Below the pieces are notes generated by a model, which saw only the letters and a list, made by a program, of their open reading frames with translations, did no database searches and was not told where the DNA came from. This document shows positions 28,946-37,575 of a DNA stretch of 64,000 bases, in pieces. The stretch is from assembly GCA_016432625.1 (NCBI GenBank), contig CP066697.1, positions 17,415 through 81,414 on the forward strand, written 5' to 3'. The DNA is from Candidatus Berkelbacteria bacterium. GTDB lineage: Bacteria > Patescibacteriota > UBA1384 > 2-12-FULL-50-11. Positions within the stretch are counted from its first letter, which is position 1. Each line of letters opens with the position of its first letter. Made by a program: the position numbers and the translations under genes.

Positions 28946-30730
28946 CTGAACGAAATTGAGGAAGTTAAATCTCGAATTGACATCGTTGACCTAATTGGCC
29001 AATACGTTGCCTTGCGCAAAGCTGGGGCAAATTACAAGTGTATCTGCCCGTTCCATCAGGAGAAAACTCCTTCGATGATGGTTAGCCCGCAAAAACAGAT
29101 ATGGAAATGTTTTGGCTGCGGCCGTGGCGGCGACCACTATAAATTCATAATGGAGGCGGAACACCTTGAGTTTGGTGACGCTCTGCGCTTGCTTGCAAGT
29201 AAAGCTGGAGTTGCATTGCAGCCACGCACTCAAGCCGAGCACCAAACCCGGGATAACAAAGAAACGCTTTATACGATTAATAATTTGTCGTCGAGAGTCT
29301 TCCACAAAATTTTAACAGAGCAGCCAGCGGCCAAAAAAGCACTTGAGTACTTGAAGAAGCGTAGGTTGAGCGATGAAACGATCAGAAAATTTCAAATCGG
29401 CTTTGCGCCCCGCCGTTTTGATCTGCGGGGATTTTTAATAAAGCGGGGCTACAAGACGACGGATATCGCTAAAGCCGGAAATCCGGACAAGTTCTTCGAG
29501 CGCATTACCTTCCCGATTTACGACGTGCTTGGCCATACGATTGCGTTTACGGGTCGGGCGCTCGGCGATACTCAGCCGAAGTATCTGAACTCACCCGACA
29601 CGCCGCTTTTCAGTAAGAGTCGGACAATTTATGGTCTAAATTTTGCTAAAGGTGCCATCAAAGACAGGGATTACGTTGTCCTAGTTGAGGGACAGATGGA
29701 TGTTATCGCCTTGCATCAAGCGGGCGTCGAGCAGACGGTTGCCTCTTCTGGAACGGCTATTACCGAAACACAAATTCAGACCTTGAGTAAATACACGCCG
29801 AACTTCTTACTCGCGTTCGATAACGACGAAGCGGGTCGAACAACGACCAAGAAAGTTATCGAGATGCTCCTGCGCCTGGACTTGAATGGTAAAGTCGTTG
29901 AGTTTGGTGACTATAAAGATGCGGGCGAGCTGTTCGAGGGTGATGGCGGTAAGCACTGGGCGGAATTTGTTAAAAATGCCAAGGAAGGTTTGGAGTGGTT
30001 TCTCAGTCAAGAAATCAAACGGGCCGGGGATATGAAATTTATCGAGAATAAAAAGAAAGTCGTCAAAGCGATGCTGCCGATTCTCACTCTTGTCACGGAG
30101 CCGACGCGCCTCGATCATTACACTCAACGCTTATCGGTGGCACTGGGAATTAAGACGGAGGCCGTCTATGAGGCGCTGAAGAAAGCAGCGGCCCCTAAAG
30201 AGACAAGTCCGGTTTCGCCTAACCCGAAAGTCGCAGACATTCATCTGACAAACGAAGATCAGCTACTGGCAGTAGCGCTAGCTAGAATAGATTTACTGAT
30301 GCCGTACAAGGAGAAATTCGACAACGTTTCATGGCAGAGTGAGGATGCTTCAAAGATCGCGGATGAGATAAAAAAGCTGTTTGCCAAACCCGCGGGGCTT
30401 GGAAAGTCATCCAAGGAAGACTATACTGATAAAACTTTGACGAAAACCCCGTCTCAGTTTCTCTCTCGGGTGAAAACAAGCCTTGACTCACGATTAAGTG
30501 AGAAGATCGATTCGTGGCAATTTTGGCACTCTAACCAGTGGGGCGAGATGAGTGACGAGCTTGGGCGCGAATTGATCGAAGAAAAACTTGGTCAGTTATC
30601 GACGCTGGATTATGAACGACGAAAAGTTGAGCTTGCCCTACAAATTCGTCGTGCCCAGGAGAAGAACGATCTTGAAGGGGTCAAAAATTTAATGAAACAA
30701 CTAAGTGAATTGGCAAAGGAGCGCGGGTGA
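28946..30730 (+). CDS. dnaG: DNA primase (probable CTG start)
   Basis: CPFHQEKTPS, CFGC, KYLNSPDT, VEGQMD, FDNDEAG Toprim; conserved IEEVKSRIDIVDLI lies upstream of the ORF-track start, AGGAG 5 nt before CTG 28946. Confidence 0.95.
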   Translation: MNEIEEVKSRIDIVDLIGQYVALRKAGANYKCICPFHQEKTPSMMVSPQKQIWKCFGCGRGGDHYKFIMEAEHLEFGDALRLLASKAGVALQPRTQAEHQTRDNKETLYTINNLSSRVFHKILTEQPAAKKALEYLKKRRLSDETIRKFQIGFAPRRFDLRGFLIKRGYKTTDIAKAGNPDKFFERITFPIYDVLGHTIAFTGRALGDTQPKYLNSPDTPLFSKSRTIYGLNFAKGAIKDRDYVVLVEGQMDVIALHQAGVEQTVASSGTAITETQIQTLSKYTPNFLLAFDNDEAGRTTTKKVIEMLLRLDLNGKVVEFGDYKDAGELFEGDGGKHWAEFVKNAKEGLEWFLSQEIKRAGDMKFIENKKKVVKAMLPILTLVTEPTRLDHYTQRLSVALGIKTEAVYEALKKAAAPKETSPVSPNPKVADIHLTNEDQLLAVALARIDLLMPYKEKFDNVSWQSEDASKIADEIKKLFAKPAGLGKSSKEDYTDKTLTKTPSQFLSRVKTSLDSRLSEKIDSWQFWHSNQWGEMSDELGRELIEEKLGQLSTLDYERRKVELALQIRRAQEKNDLEGVKNLMKQLSELAKERG

Positions 30731-30738
30731 GATGTCGA

Positions 30739-30823
30739 CAATAACTTTTCGGCCGCGTCAAAAATCCGCTAATTTTTGCGCTCCCGCTCGACTAGTCGTC
30801 TCGGCGAAGCCGAAAAATTATTG
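30739..30823. repeat. ~85-bp palindromic dispersed element, copy 1 (dnaG-rpoD spacer)
   Basis: Terminal inverted repeats caataacttttcggc/gccgaaaaattattg; shares two exact 17-bp blocks with 53407-53504 in the opposite orientation. Confidence 0.75.
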
Positions 30824-30856
30824 CCAACTATAGAAGGAAATAAAAGGAGCTAAATT

Positions 30857-31969
30857 ATGGCAAAAGCTGTGCCGAAAAAAATAAAACAAGACGCCGGGGT
30901 AAGTTTCCCGGAGGAATTAATGTACTTAATCCGAAAGGGCCGACAGCACGGCTTTGTGACTTATAAAGAAATTGTCCAAGCTTATCCAGAGCCGGAAAAA
31001 GACTTGGAGATGATCGACGCTTTCATCCGTTACTTAGCGACAATTGGTGTGGAGATACGCGAGGCAAAACCGCTGCTCGAGATTCCAGCCGAAGGGGACG
31101 CGAAGAAAAAGCACGACAAAGATGACGATCTGACTGGTCTCGGCGAAGATTCGGTGCGTATGTACCTACGCGAGATTGGCCAATACCCGCTACTTACACC
31201 GGACGAAGAAGTGCGGCTGGCAAAACGTATCGAACGCGGCGACAAAGCTGCCAAGCGCCGTCTGACCGAAGCAAACTTGCGTCTGGTAGTTTCGATTGCC
31301 AAGAAATACATCGGCCGCGGTTTATCGCTCTTGGATCTAGTGCAAGAAGGTAACTTAGGTCTCCAGAGGGCAGTGGAAAAATTTGATTACAAGAAAGGTT
31401 TTAAATTCTCGACGTACGCAACATGGTGGATTCGCCAGGCGATTACCCGCGCCATCGCCGACCAAGCCCGTGTCATTCGTATCCCGGTTCACATGGTGGA
31501 AACAATCAACCGCTACATGAGGGTCCAGCGCGAGCTGCAGCAAGAACTTGGTCGCGAGCCGACCTACGATGAGCTGGCTAAAAAGCTCGGCATTGAGGTC
31601 GAGAAATTGGAACATATTATGAAGATCTCGCAAGATATTGTTTCGCTTGAAGCGCCAGTTGGCGAAGAGAACGACTCAACGCTTGGTGAGTTCATCGAAG
31701 ACAAGCAGCAGATGTCGCCCGAGGAGCAGGCTATTTATCAATTAATGAAAGGCCACGTTCAGGAATCCTTATCAATCCTAACGCCCCGCGAGCAAAAGAT
31801 CTTGCGAATGCGTTTTGGGCTGGATGACGGCGGCAAAACCCATACTCTGGAAGAAGTCGGCAAGGAATTCGGTGTCACCCGCGAACGTATCCGTCAGATT
31901 GAAGCAAAAGCTTTGCAAAAATTAAAGAAAAACGAAGAGTCCTCGCGTCTGCGTGACTATTTGACCTAA
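30857..31969 (+). CDS. rpoD: Primary sigma factor RpoD/SigA
   Basis: [71 protein letters not shown]; dnaG-rpoD synteny. Confidence 0.98.
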   Translation: MAKAVPKKIKQDAGVSFPEELMYLIRKGRQHGFVTYKEIVQAYPEPEKDLEMIDAFIRYLATIGVEIREAKPLLEIPAEGDAKKKHDKDDDLTGLGEDSVRMYLREIGQYPLLTPDEEVRLAKRIERGDKAAKRRLTEANLRLVVSIAKKYIGRGLSLLDLVQEGNLGLQRAVEKFDYKKGFKFSTYATWWIRQAITRAIADQARVIRIPVHMVETINRYMRVQRELQQELGREPTYDELAKKLGIEVEKLEHIMKISQDIVSLEAPVGEENDSTLGEFIEDKQQMSPEEQAIYQLMKGHVQESLSILTPREQKILRMRFGLDDGGKTHTLEEVGKEFGVTRERIRQIEAKALQKLKKNEESSRLRDYLT

Positions 31970-32020
31970 GCTATCGCTCTCGCTTTTGCTTCACTTCTTG
32001 CCCTACGGCTCGCAGTTGCA

Positions 32021-32086
32021 GCGAAAGCCTTGCAGAAACTAAAAAAGCACGAGGAATCCTCGCGCTTGCGTGACTACTTAACTTAA
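32021..32086 (+). repeat. Diverged duplicate of the rpoD 3' end (21 codons plus stop)
   Basis: Encodes [21 protein letters not shown] versus [21 protein letters not shown] at 31904-31969; 14 differences, 13 synonymous. Confidence 0.9.
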
Positions 32087-32103
32087 ATCTAGGCAAAAGA
32101 AGA

Positions 32104-32125
32104 GGCGGCCCCTTGCGGGGCCGCC
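32104..32125. terminator. GC-rich hairpin terminator
   Basis: ggcggcccc-ttgc-ggggccgcc; T-rich tail on the minus strand. Confidence 0.7.
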
Positions 32126-32169
32126 CATTCGGACGTGGCAGCCGAAACACTAGGAGTGTCGCGGTTGCA

Positions 32170-33513
32170 TTAGGTGTAGTCGAAGGTGCCAGCGAGGGCG
32201 CTCGTGCCGTCACGATTGACGACGTGGACCCTGTAGGTTCCCGGGTGGGCTACGAGAGGAGTCTTGCCCTCGATCGCGTCGGCGTAGTACTTGAGGTTGG
32301 TTGCCTGGTAAACGGCACCAGTCCCAGCACCGACAATCTCCTCGAAGACCACCTTCGTTCGGCGGCCGTGGCCGGTGACCATGATCGAGAAGGCGTCACC
32401 GCCCGCGATCGGTCCGGTTATTGTGTCGATGTTCCTCGTGACCGTCGGCGGCGGCGCAGGCGTGTTGCGTGCTGCCATCCAACCTCCGATGAACGGAACG
32501 CCAACCTTGAGGATAAACCACGCAAGGCCAAGGCTGAGGATTACGACGACGAACCAAAGCCAATTGGCGACGAGCCAGTTGATGGCGATGTCGTACCAGG
32601 CCGGGCCCGAAGGCTCGGTCGGCTGCTCCTCGGTTGGCGTGCTGGTTGTTCCGCCAGTGCTTTCCTCGGTCGTCGGTACCGACGTGGTGGTGTAGTCAAT
32701 GTTCGAGTCGTAGCCGCCTTTGGCGAGATACGCTTCGACGTTTGACTGCCGGTTGTTCAGGCGCTGGATCGGCTTCTCGCCGAGCGTGTCCTTGGCAACC
32801 GACCAATCGTCGATCATCGCTGGCATCGGGCCGGTGCCGTTTTTGCCGTACTGCTCGTTTAGCCACTTGATGGCGTTGCGAGCACCGGCGATCTCGGATA
32901 GCGCTTCATGGTTCGTTTTGTACCACTGGGCGATATCTTTGATCTTGGCGACCTTCTCGACCTCACCGAGCCACGCAGAGAGCTTAAGACCCTCCTTAGT
33001 GGTGGCGGCGCGGTTACCGGACGACTTAGCGGACTTGTAAGCGCTGCTTCGCCGGTTCACTTCCCGCTTGATGCGGTTAGAGACTCGGGCGCGTTCGCGC
33101 TCGGCAGCAAGGCGTTCGGCCTCGTTCCGGGCATCGACGGCCGCCTTCTCAGCAGCTCTCAGACGCTCGATCTCGTTCTTGGCGCTTTCGAGCTCGAAGC
33201 GGATGCTCTCGATATCGCTTTTGCCAAGTCCGTTGCCCTCGCCGGTACCGCCTTTGGTGTGGTCGATGACGCAGTCCTCTTGACCGCACGTCTCGCACAT
33301 CTTGTGAGCTTTCTCACAGTCCCAGTGCCCTTGCGAGCACTGCGAGTGCATTTTTGTGCAGTCGGGGACCGGGCAGTCCGGTCGGTTGCAAGCGTGAGTC
33401 TGCTTGGTTGGAGGCGGAGTCTGCTGTTGCTGACCCCACTCATCGGGGATTTTCTGGGCTGTCGCGAAAGTCGCGACGAGCACGATGACGAATAGAGCGA
33501 TTAACTTTCGCAT
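32170..33513 (-). CDS. Hypothetical surface protein: signal peptide, Cys/His-rich segment, coiled coil, Thr/Glu linker, TM, IPT/TIG-like C-terminus
   Basis: MRKLIALFVIVLVATFATA signal, AGGAG SD, PGTYRVHVVNRDGTS..FDYT ending. Confidence 0.75.
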   Translation of the reverse strand: MRKLIALFVIVLVATFATAQKIPDEWGQQQQTPPPTKQTHACNRPDCPVPDCTKMHSQCSQGHWDCEKAHKMCETCGQEDCVIDHTKGGTGEGNGLGKSDIESIRFELESAKNEIERLRAAEKAAVDARNEAERLAAERERARVSNRIKREVNRRSSAYKSAKSSGNRAATTKEGLKLSAWLGEVEKVAKIKDIAQWYKTNHEALSEIAGARNAIKWLNEQYGKNGTGPMPAMIDDWSVAKDTLGEKPIQRLNNRQSNVEAYLAKGGYDSNIDYTTTSVPTTEESTGGTTSTPTEEQPTEPSGPAWYDIAINWLVANWLWFVVVILSLGLAWFILKVGVPFIGGWMAARNTPAPPPTVTRNIDTITGPIAGGDAFSIMVTGHGRRTKVVFEEIVGAGTGAVYQATNLKYYADAIEGKTPLVAHPGTYRVHVVNRDGTSALAGTFDYT

Positions 33514-33638
33514 GTTCTGTTTCTCCTAGTTTTTGGCTGTGTGCCACGCTGCGCTTCCCGTCGGGTTACGCAGTGTCGGGCGCGAGTATAACAGGTATAG
33601 CCCCAGAAGTCAACGGTTTAGGGCGGGGAAATTAATAG

Positions 33639-34412
33639 CTATTTCAGGATGCCAATGAGGCAACCAAACCGACCTTCGGGCGTTTTATCTTGCTCACTGC
33701 GACGATGCGAATAGAATTTTTTGTTTTTACGGGTGTCGATACCGCTGTTTTCGATATTTTTCGGGTCAATCCCGGCTTCAGCTAGCTGATCGAGAGCGAA
33801 TTTAATCCAATCGGCTTGGAACTGGTTGCCCACCTTCTTTATATACGGCTTCCAGGCTTTCAGCCGTTCAGGGCTAATCTCATGAAAATCTTTAAAAAGT
33901 GAGGACTCTTTCTGCAGTGCGGGCGAGAGACCGACGATGATCTTCGAGGCGTCGCAGTTGAACTTTTTAACCATATATTCTACGGCCAACTGAGGAACTT
34001 CTTTGTCTACGCCCCGCCAACCGCAGTGAACCAAGCCGCAAACCCGTTTTTCAGGTTCAAACAGAAAAAGCGCCAGACAATCGCCCACAATGACGAACAG
34101 GTAAGTACCCGGAGAAGTGGTGAAAAAGCCGTCGCCAGCAATTCCCTCGGAGGGGCTATCTATCCCCCGTCCTCGATCTGTTGCGTCTAAATCATAAAAC
34201 TTCTTACCACCAACAACCTGCGTGGCGACGACGTCGTGTTCGTTAATCCCTAAATCCTTAAAAAATAGACGTCGTTTGTCTCGTACATCCTTGGCGGTTT
34301 GCTGATTGTTTTCGGCCCATTTATAGGACAAATTACCGTAATCTGTCGTCGAGATGCCATGCACAATATTCGGTAGTTTTGAGAACTGCTTAAAACGAAG
34401 AAGGCCCATCAT
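33639..34412 (-). CDS. YfiH/PgeF-family protein (purine nucleoside phosphorylase-like)
   Basis: HGIST, GDGFFT, VGDCL, VHCGWRG, FYSHRR, GRFG. Confidence 0.9.
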   Translation of the reverse strand: MMGLLRFKQFSKLPNIVHGISTTDYGNLSYKWAENNQQTAKDVRDKRRLFFKDLGINEHDVVATQVVGGKKFYDLDATDRGRGIDSPSEGIAGDGFFTTSPGTYLFVIVGDCLALFLFEPEKRVCGLVHCGWRGVDKEVPQLAVEYMVKKFNCDASKIIVGLSPALQKESSLFKDFHEISPERLKAWKPYIKKVGNQFQADWIKFALDQLAEAGIDPKNIENSGIDTRKNKKFYSHRRSEQDKTPEGRFGCLIGILK

Positions 34413-34447
34413 GCTTCGTAGTGTAGCAGATGGGCCTTCGGTTTGGG

Positions 34448-34735
34448 TCAGTCACCTGAACCCAAAGTCATGACTTCTCGTAGCTCGCTCTCAAGCGTCG
34501 CCTTCTCCTGCGGGTTGGTTTCCCGCTTGATTGCCTCGACGAGGCAGTCGCGGGCGTCGCCGTATTGGCAACGCTCGAAGTTGTGACGCGCGAGCAACGA
34601 ATGAAAGATCGATTCGTTCGGACATTGTTTGGCAGCGTGACGCAGCCACTTGCTGTCGAACGGTACTTCTCCCTGGGCCATGCCTTGGGCTCGGTAAACG
34701 AAAGGTACGGAACCAGCTAATCCTGCCATGTTCAT
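34448..34735 (-). CDS. Small TPR-like hypothetical protein
   Basis: Helical LRHAAKQCP..FHSLLARHNFERCQYGDARDCLVEAI; AGGAG SD; TCGACA-17-TAGAGT promoter. Confidence 0.55.
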   Translation of the reverse strand: MNMAGLAGSVPFVYRAQGMAQGEVPFDSKWLRHAAKQCPNESIFHSLLARHNFERCQYGDARDCLVEAIKRETNPQEKATLESELREVMTLGSGD

Positions 34736-34811
34736 CTCCTGTAACTGCTCGACTTAGGCAGTGGTGGCGTTACTCTACCAAGTTTAGCGTATTTTGTCGA
34801 GACGATATGCT

Positions 34812-36275
34812 CTACTTTTTTGGTCGAAGAGTCGGGAACGGGATTACTTCCTTGATCGAATGTTGGTCGGTTAGCAGCATTACCAGGCGCTCAATGCCTA
34901 AGCCCCACCCGGCCGTCGGCGGCATGCCGAATTTCAAGGCTTCAATAAAGTTCTCGTCGAGCATCTGTGCCTCTTCCCAGCCGGCGTCTCTCATCTTCAT
35001 CTGTTCGCGGAAACGGGCCTCTTGGTCGATCGGGTCGTTCAGCTCTGAATAGGCCTTCACTAACTCAAAGCCGCCCGCGGCGATTAGTTGAAATTGTTCG
35101 GCCAGTTCTGGATTGGCACGATGGCGTTTAGCGAGCGGCTGCAAGGCGATTGGGTAATCAATGACGAAAGTTGGCTGCATTATCTTGTCGCGGCAGACTT
35201 TTTTGAATAACTCGTCGACAAGCTCACTCCACACGCTAATTTTTTGATTCTCAAAAGTTATTTTTTTCTCATCGACGGCTTTTTTGAGGTCTTTAAAATC
35301 AGTCAGTTTTTCGATATCAATCCCGGTGTCTTCACGGACAATCTCAACGTATTTTCTGACAGCGAAGTCACGAGAGAAATCGATCGTCTGGCCTTGGTAT
35401 TTGACTTTGAGCGAACCCGTAACTTTTTTGACTAACTCTTGGACTAGCGTCTGAGTCGCTGCCATAAAGCCCACATAATCCTGATACGCCCAGTACGCCT
35501 CGGCTGAATAGAACTCCGGGTTATGAATGTGAGACAGGCCTTCGTTACGAAAACTTGGCCCGATCTCAAAAACTCGGTTAAACCCACCGGCCACCAGTCG
35601 TTTTAAGTAAAGTTCAGGCGCAATACGTAAATAAAAATCTGCCTCCAAAGCGTTATAGCGTGTCTTGAATGGTTTGGCGGCCGCTCCGCCGGGGATTGGT
35701 TGCAGAATCGGTGTGTGGACTTCCAAAAATCCGTGACGGATAAAAAACTCGCGAATGAGTTCAACGACCTTGCCACGAACCTCGATCAAATGACGAGCGT
35801 TTTCGTTGATCTTGAAATCGAGCGCCCGCGAGCGATAACGCGTTTCAACGTCCGACAAGCCATGCCAGTGTTCCGGAATAGGCAGCAGGGATTTTGAGAG
35901 CAGCGCATATTCTTTAACTTTTAGGGTCATCTCCCCAGCTTTTGTGGTAAATAATTCGCCGCTGGCCCAGAGAAAATCGCCGACGTCGAGTAGCGCTAAA
36001 TGTGAGTAGTCTTTATCCCCAATCTCATCCTGCTTGAAGTAAGCCTGCAGTTTGTCGCCTTCGTCAACGAGGTCAAAAAATGTTGATTTGCCGTGGCCAC
36101 GGATGCCGGAGACGCGTCCAACGATTGCTACCTTGGCGCCATCTTTTTTTTGCCTGGCTTCGTTAAGGGTTAGGTGTTCTGGCACGACGGCAGGGTATGG
36201 GTTAACGCCGAGCTTTTGCAGCTGCTGAAGTTTGTCTAGACGTATCTCGCTTTCCGGCCGTGCCTGCTGATTCAT
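34812..36275 (-). CDS. lysS: Lysine--tRNA ligase (class II)
   Basis: GGAAAKPFKT, LRIAPELYLKRL, FRNEG..HNPEF, AYSELNDP, GMPPTAGWGLGIERL. Confidence 0.97.
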   Translation of the reverse strand: MNQQARPESEIRLDKLQQLQKLGVNPYPAVVPEHLTLNEARQKKDGAKVAIVGRVSGIRGHGKSTFFDLVDEGDKLQAYFKQDEIGDKDYSHLALLDVGDFLWASGELFTTKAGEMTLKVKEYALLSKSLLPIPEHWHGLSDVETRYRSRALDFKINENARHLIEVRGKVVELIREFFIRHGFLEVHTPILQPIPGGAAAKPFKTRYNALEADFYLRIAPELYLKRLVAGGFNRVFEIGPSFRNEGLSHIHNPEFYSAEAYWAYQDYVGFMAATQTLVQELVKKVTGSLKVKYQGQTIDFSRDFAVRKYVEIVREDTGIDIEKLTDFKDLKKAVDEKKITFENQKISVWSELVDELFKKVCRDKIMQPTFVIDYPIALQPLAKRHRANPELAEQFQLIAAGGFELVKAYSELNDPIDQEARFREQMKMRDAGWEEAQMLDENFIEALKFGMPPTAGWGLGIERLVMLLTDQHSIKEVIPFPTLRPKK

Positions 36276-36312
36276 CCCTGTTAGTTTACCAAACCTAGAA
36301 ACTGGCGGCTAA

Positions 36313-37413
36313 TTAGTTAGCGGCTACGGCTGGCTTTTTCTGCCAGTCGCCGGTCTGGGTGTTGAGAAGGGCGAAGAGAGAGACGGCCCGAATGTCTGGC
36401 GTCGCGAAGGCATACTGCATCACTCGGTCGTTACCAATTCCGTAACCAGCGTGAGGGTTAGTCTTTTGCGCCTTCATGATATTTAGGTACCAGGCAAAAT
36501 CTTCGTAGGTGCCGCCCCGCTCGAGGTGAAGCTTAAACATTGTCGAGGCCTTCAGTCTCTCATCGAGGCGTTCAAACTCGTGCTCTCGCACCGCTGAGCC
36601 AACGCCTTCGCCGGAATACGGGAGGATGAGATCGGCAGACAGGGCAACCCTAGAGTCTTTGGAGGAAGTTTTCATGTTGAAGAACTTTATTTCTTTTGGG
36701 TATTTCATGATGAAGACTGGCAATTCCTCTCCCGCGGCGTTAAGTAGCGCCACGACTTTTGCCTCTTCATTTGATTCGAGATCGTCCCCGAATTTTAAGT
36801 TTGGAAAGCCATTATCCTTGAGCAGCGCAATTGCTTCCTCGTACTCTATTCTAAGGAACGGTTTACTCAGCGCTTGCTCGAGTTTTTTTACGTTGCGACC
36901 GTAGCGAGCGAGAGTGTTAGATTCGGCTTGAAGCGCGCTTGCGACCATGGCGCGAATCGCGTTCTGGATGTGCTCAAGTAACGCCTCGTACATTCTGTCC
37001 TCGTCGTAGCTCTCCCTAGCCATTCCAGCCAAGGTGCAGTCAAACTCTTCCTCAATTAGCCGAAACTGTCTCAAATGACGACTGTCTTCCTTCTCTTCGT
37101 CGCGACCGGAATGAATAATCGTGCAAACACCAGGCAGCGTTTGAAGTGCTTGCTCTAAAGATAATTGGCCAGTTTGGGCGAAAAATAGCGGCACTTCGGT
37201 TCGGCTGCCCACCCGAAAAAGCGTGTCGATATTCTCGCAGGCTCCTGTGATGCCAACGATTGCCGGCACGTCGACGTACGTTAAGCCACATTTTCGGTAA
37301 TGCTCGAGCACGCCACTTGTCATCGCTTCGTTAACCTTTGCCAGCGCGCGAAAGTGCTCGTTGAAATCAACCTCGATCTTCTTTCCCCCGACCCGTAGGC
37401 CAATCTTGTTCAT
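36313..37413 (-). CDS. AsnRS/AspRS paralog lacking the anticodon-binding domain (archaeal-type asparagine synthetase A-like)
   Basis: TGACE, FAQTGQLSLE, RHLRQFRLIEEE (motif 2), GEGVGSAVRE, HAGYGIGNDR (motif 3); no N-terminal OB fold. Confidence 0.75.
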   Translation of the reverse strand: MNKIGLRVGGKKIEVDFNEHFRALAKVNEAMTSGVLEHYRKCGLTYVDVPAIVGITGACENIDTLFRVGSRTEVPLFFAQTGQLSLEQALQTLPGVCTIIHSGRDEEKEDSRHLRQFRLIEEEFDCTLAGMARESYDEDRMYEALLEHIQNAIRAMVASALQAESNTLARYGRNVKKLEQALSKPFLRIEYEEAIALLKDNGFPNLKFGDDLESNEEAKVVALLNAAGEELPVFIMKYPKEIKFFNMKTSSKDSRVALSADLILPYSGEGVGSAVREHEFERLDERLKASTMFKLHLERGGTYEDFAWYLNIMKAQKTNPHAGYGIGNDRVMQYAFATPDIRAVSLFALLNTQTGDWQKKPAVAAN

Positions 37414-37435
37414 CTTCCTCCTCCTAAAATTGGGT

Positions 37436-37495
37436 AAAAAAAAGAGGCCAAAAGCCTCAAATTGTCTCGCCCTTATTTTTCTTATGTCTATTCAT
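37436..37495 (-). promoter_or_regulatory. Putative attenuator: 12-aa uORF overlapping a terminator hairpin
   Basis: MNRHKKNKGETI* (37457-37495); GAGGC-TTTTG-GCCTC-T8 overlaps its stop; TTGACA-17-TAGCGT promoter upstream. Confidence 0.45.
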
Positions 37496-37575
37496 AATTC
37501 TTATTGCACCCTTGTAGACGCTACGCATTTGGGTTGCGGCTGTCAAGCGTCGCTCCCCTTGATTGGCAGCGGAAA

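Noticed and set aside
36313-37413. EpmA (EF-P lysyl ligase) because of adjacency to lysS
   Set aside because: Motifs resemble AsnRS (QTGQLSLE, RHLRQF) rather than LysRS/EpmA (HNPEF)
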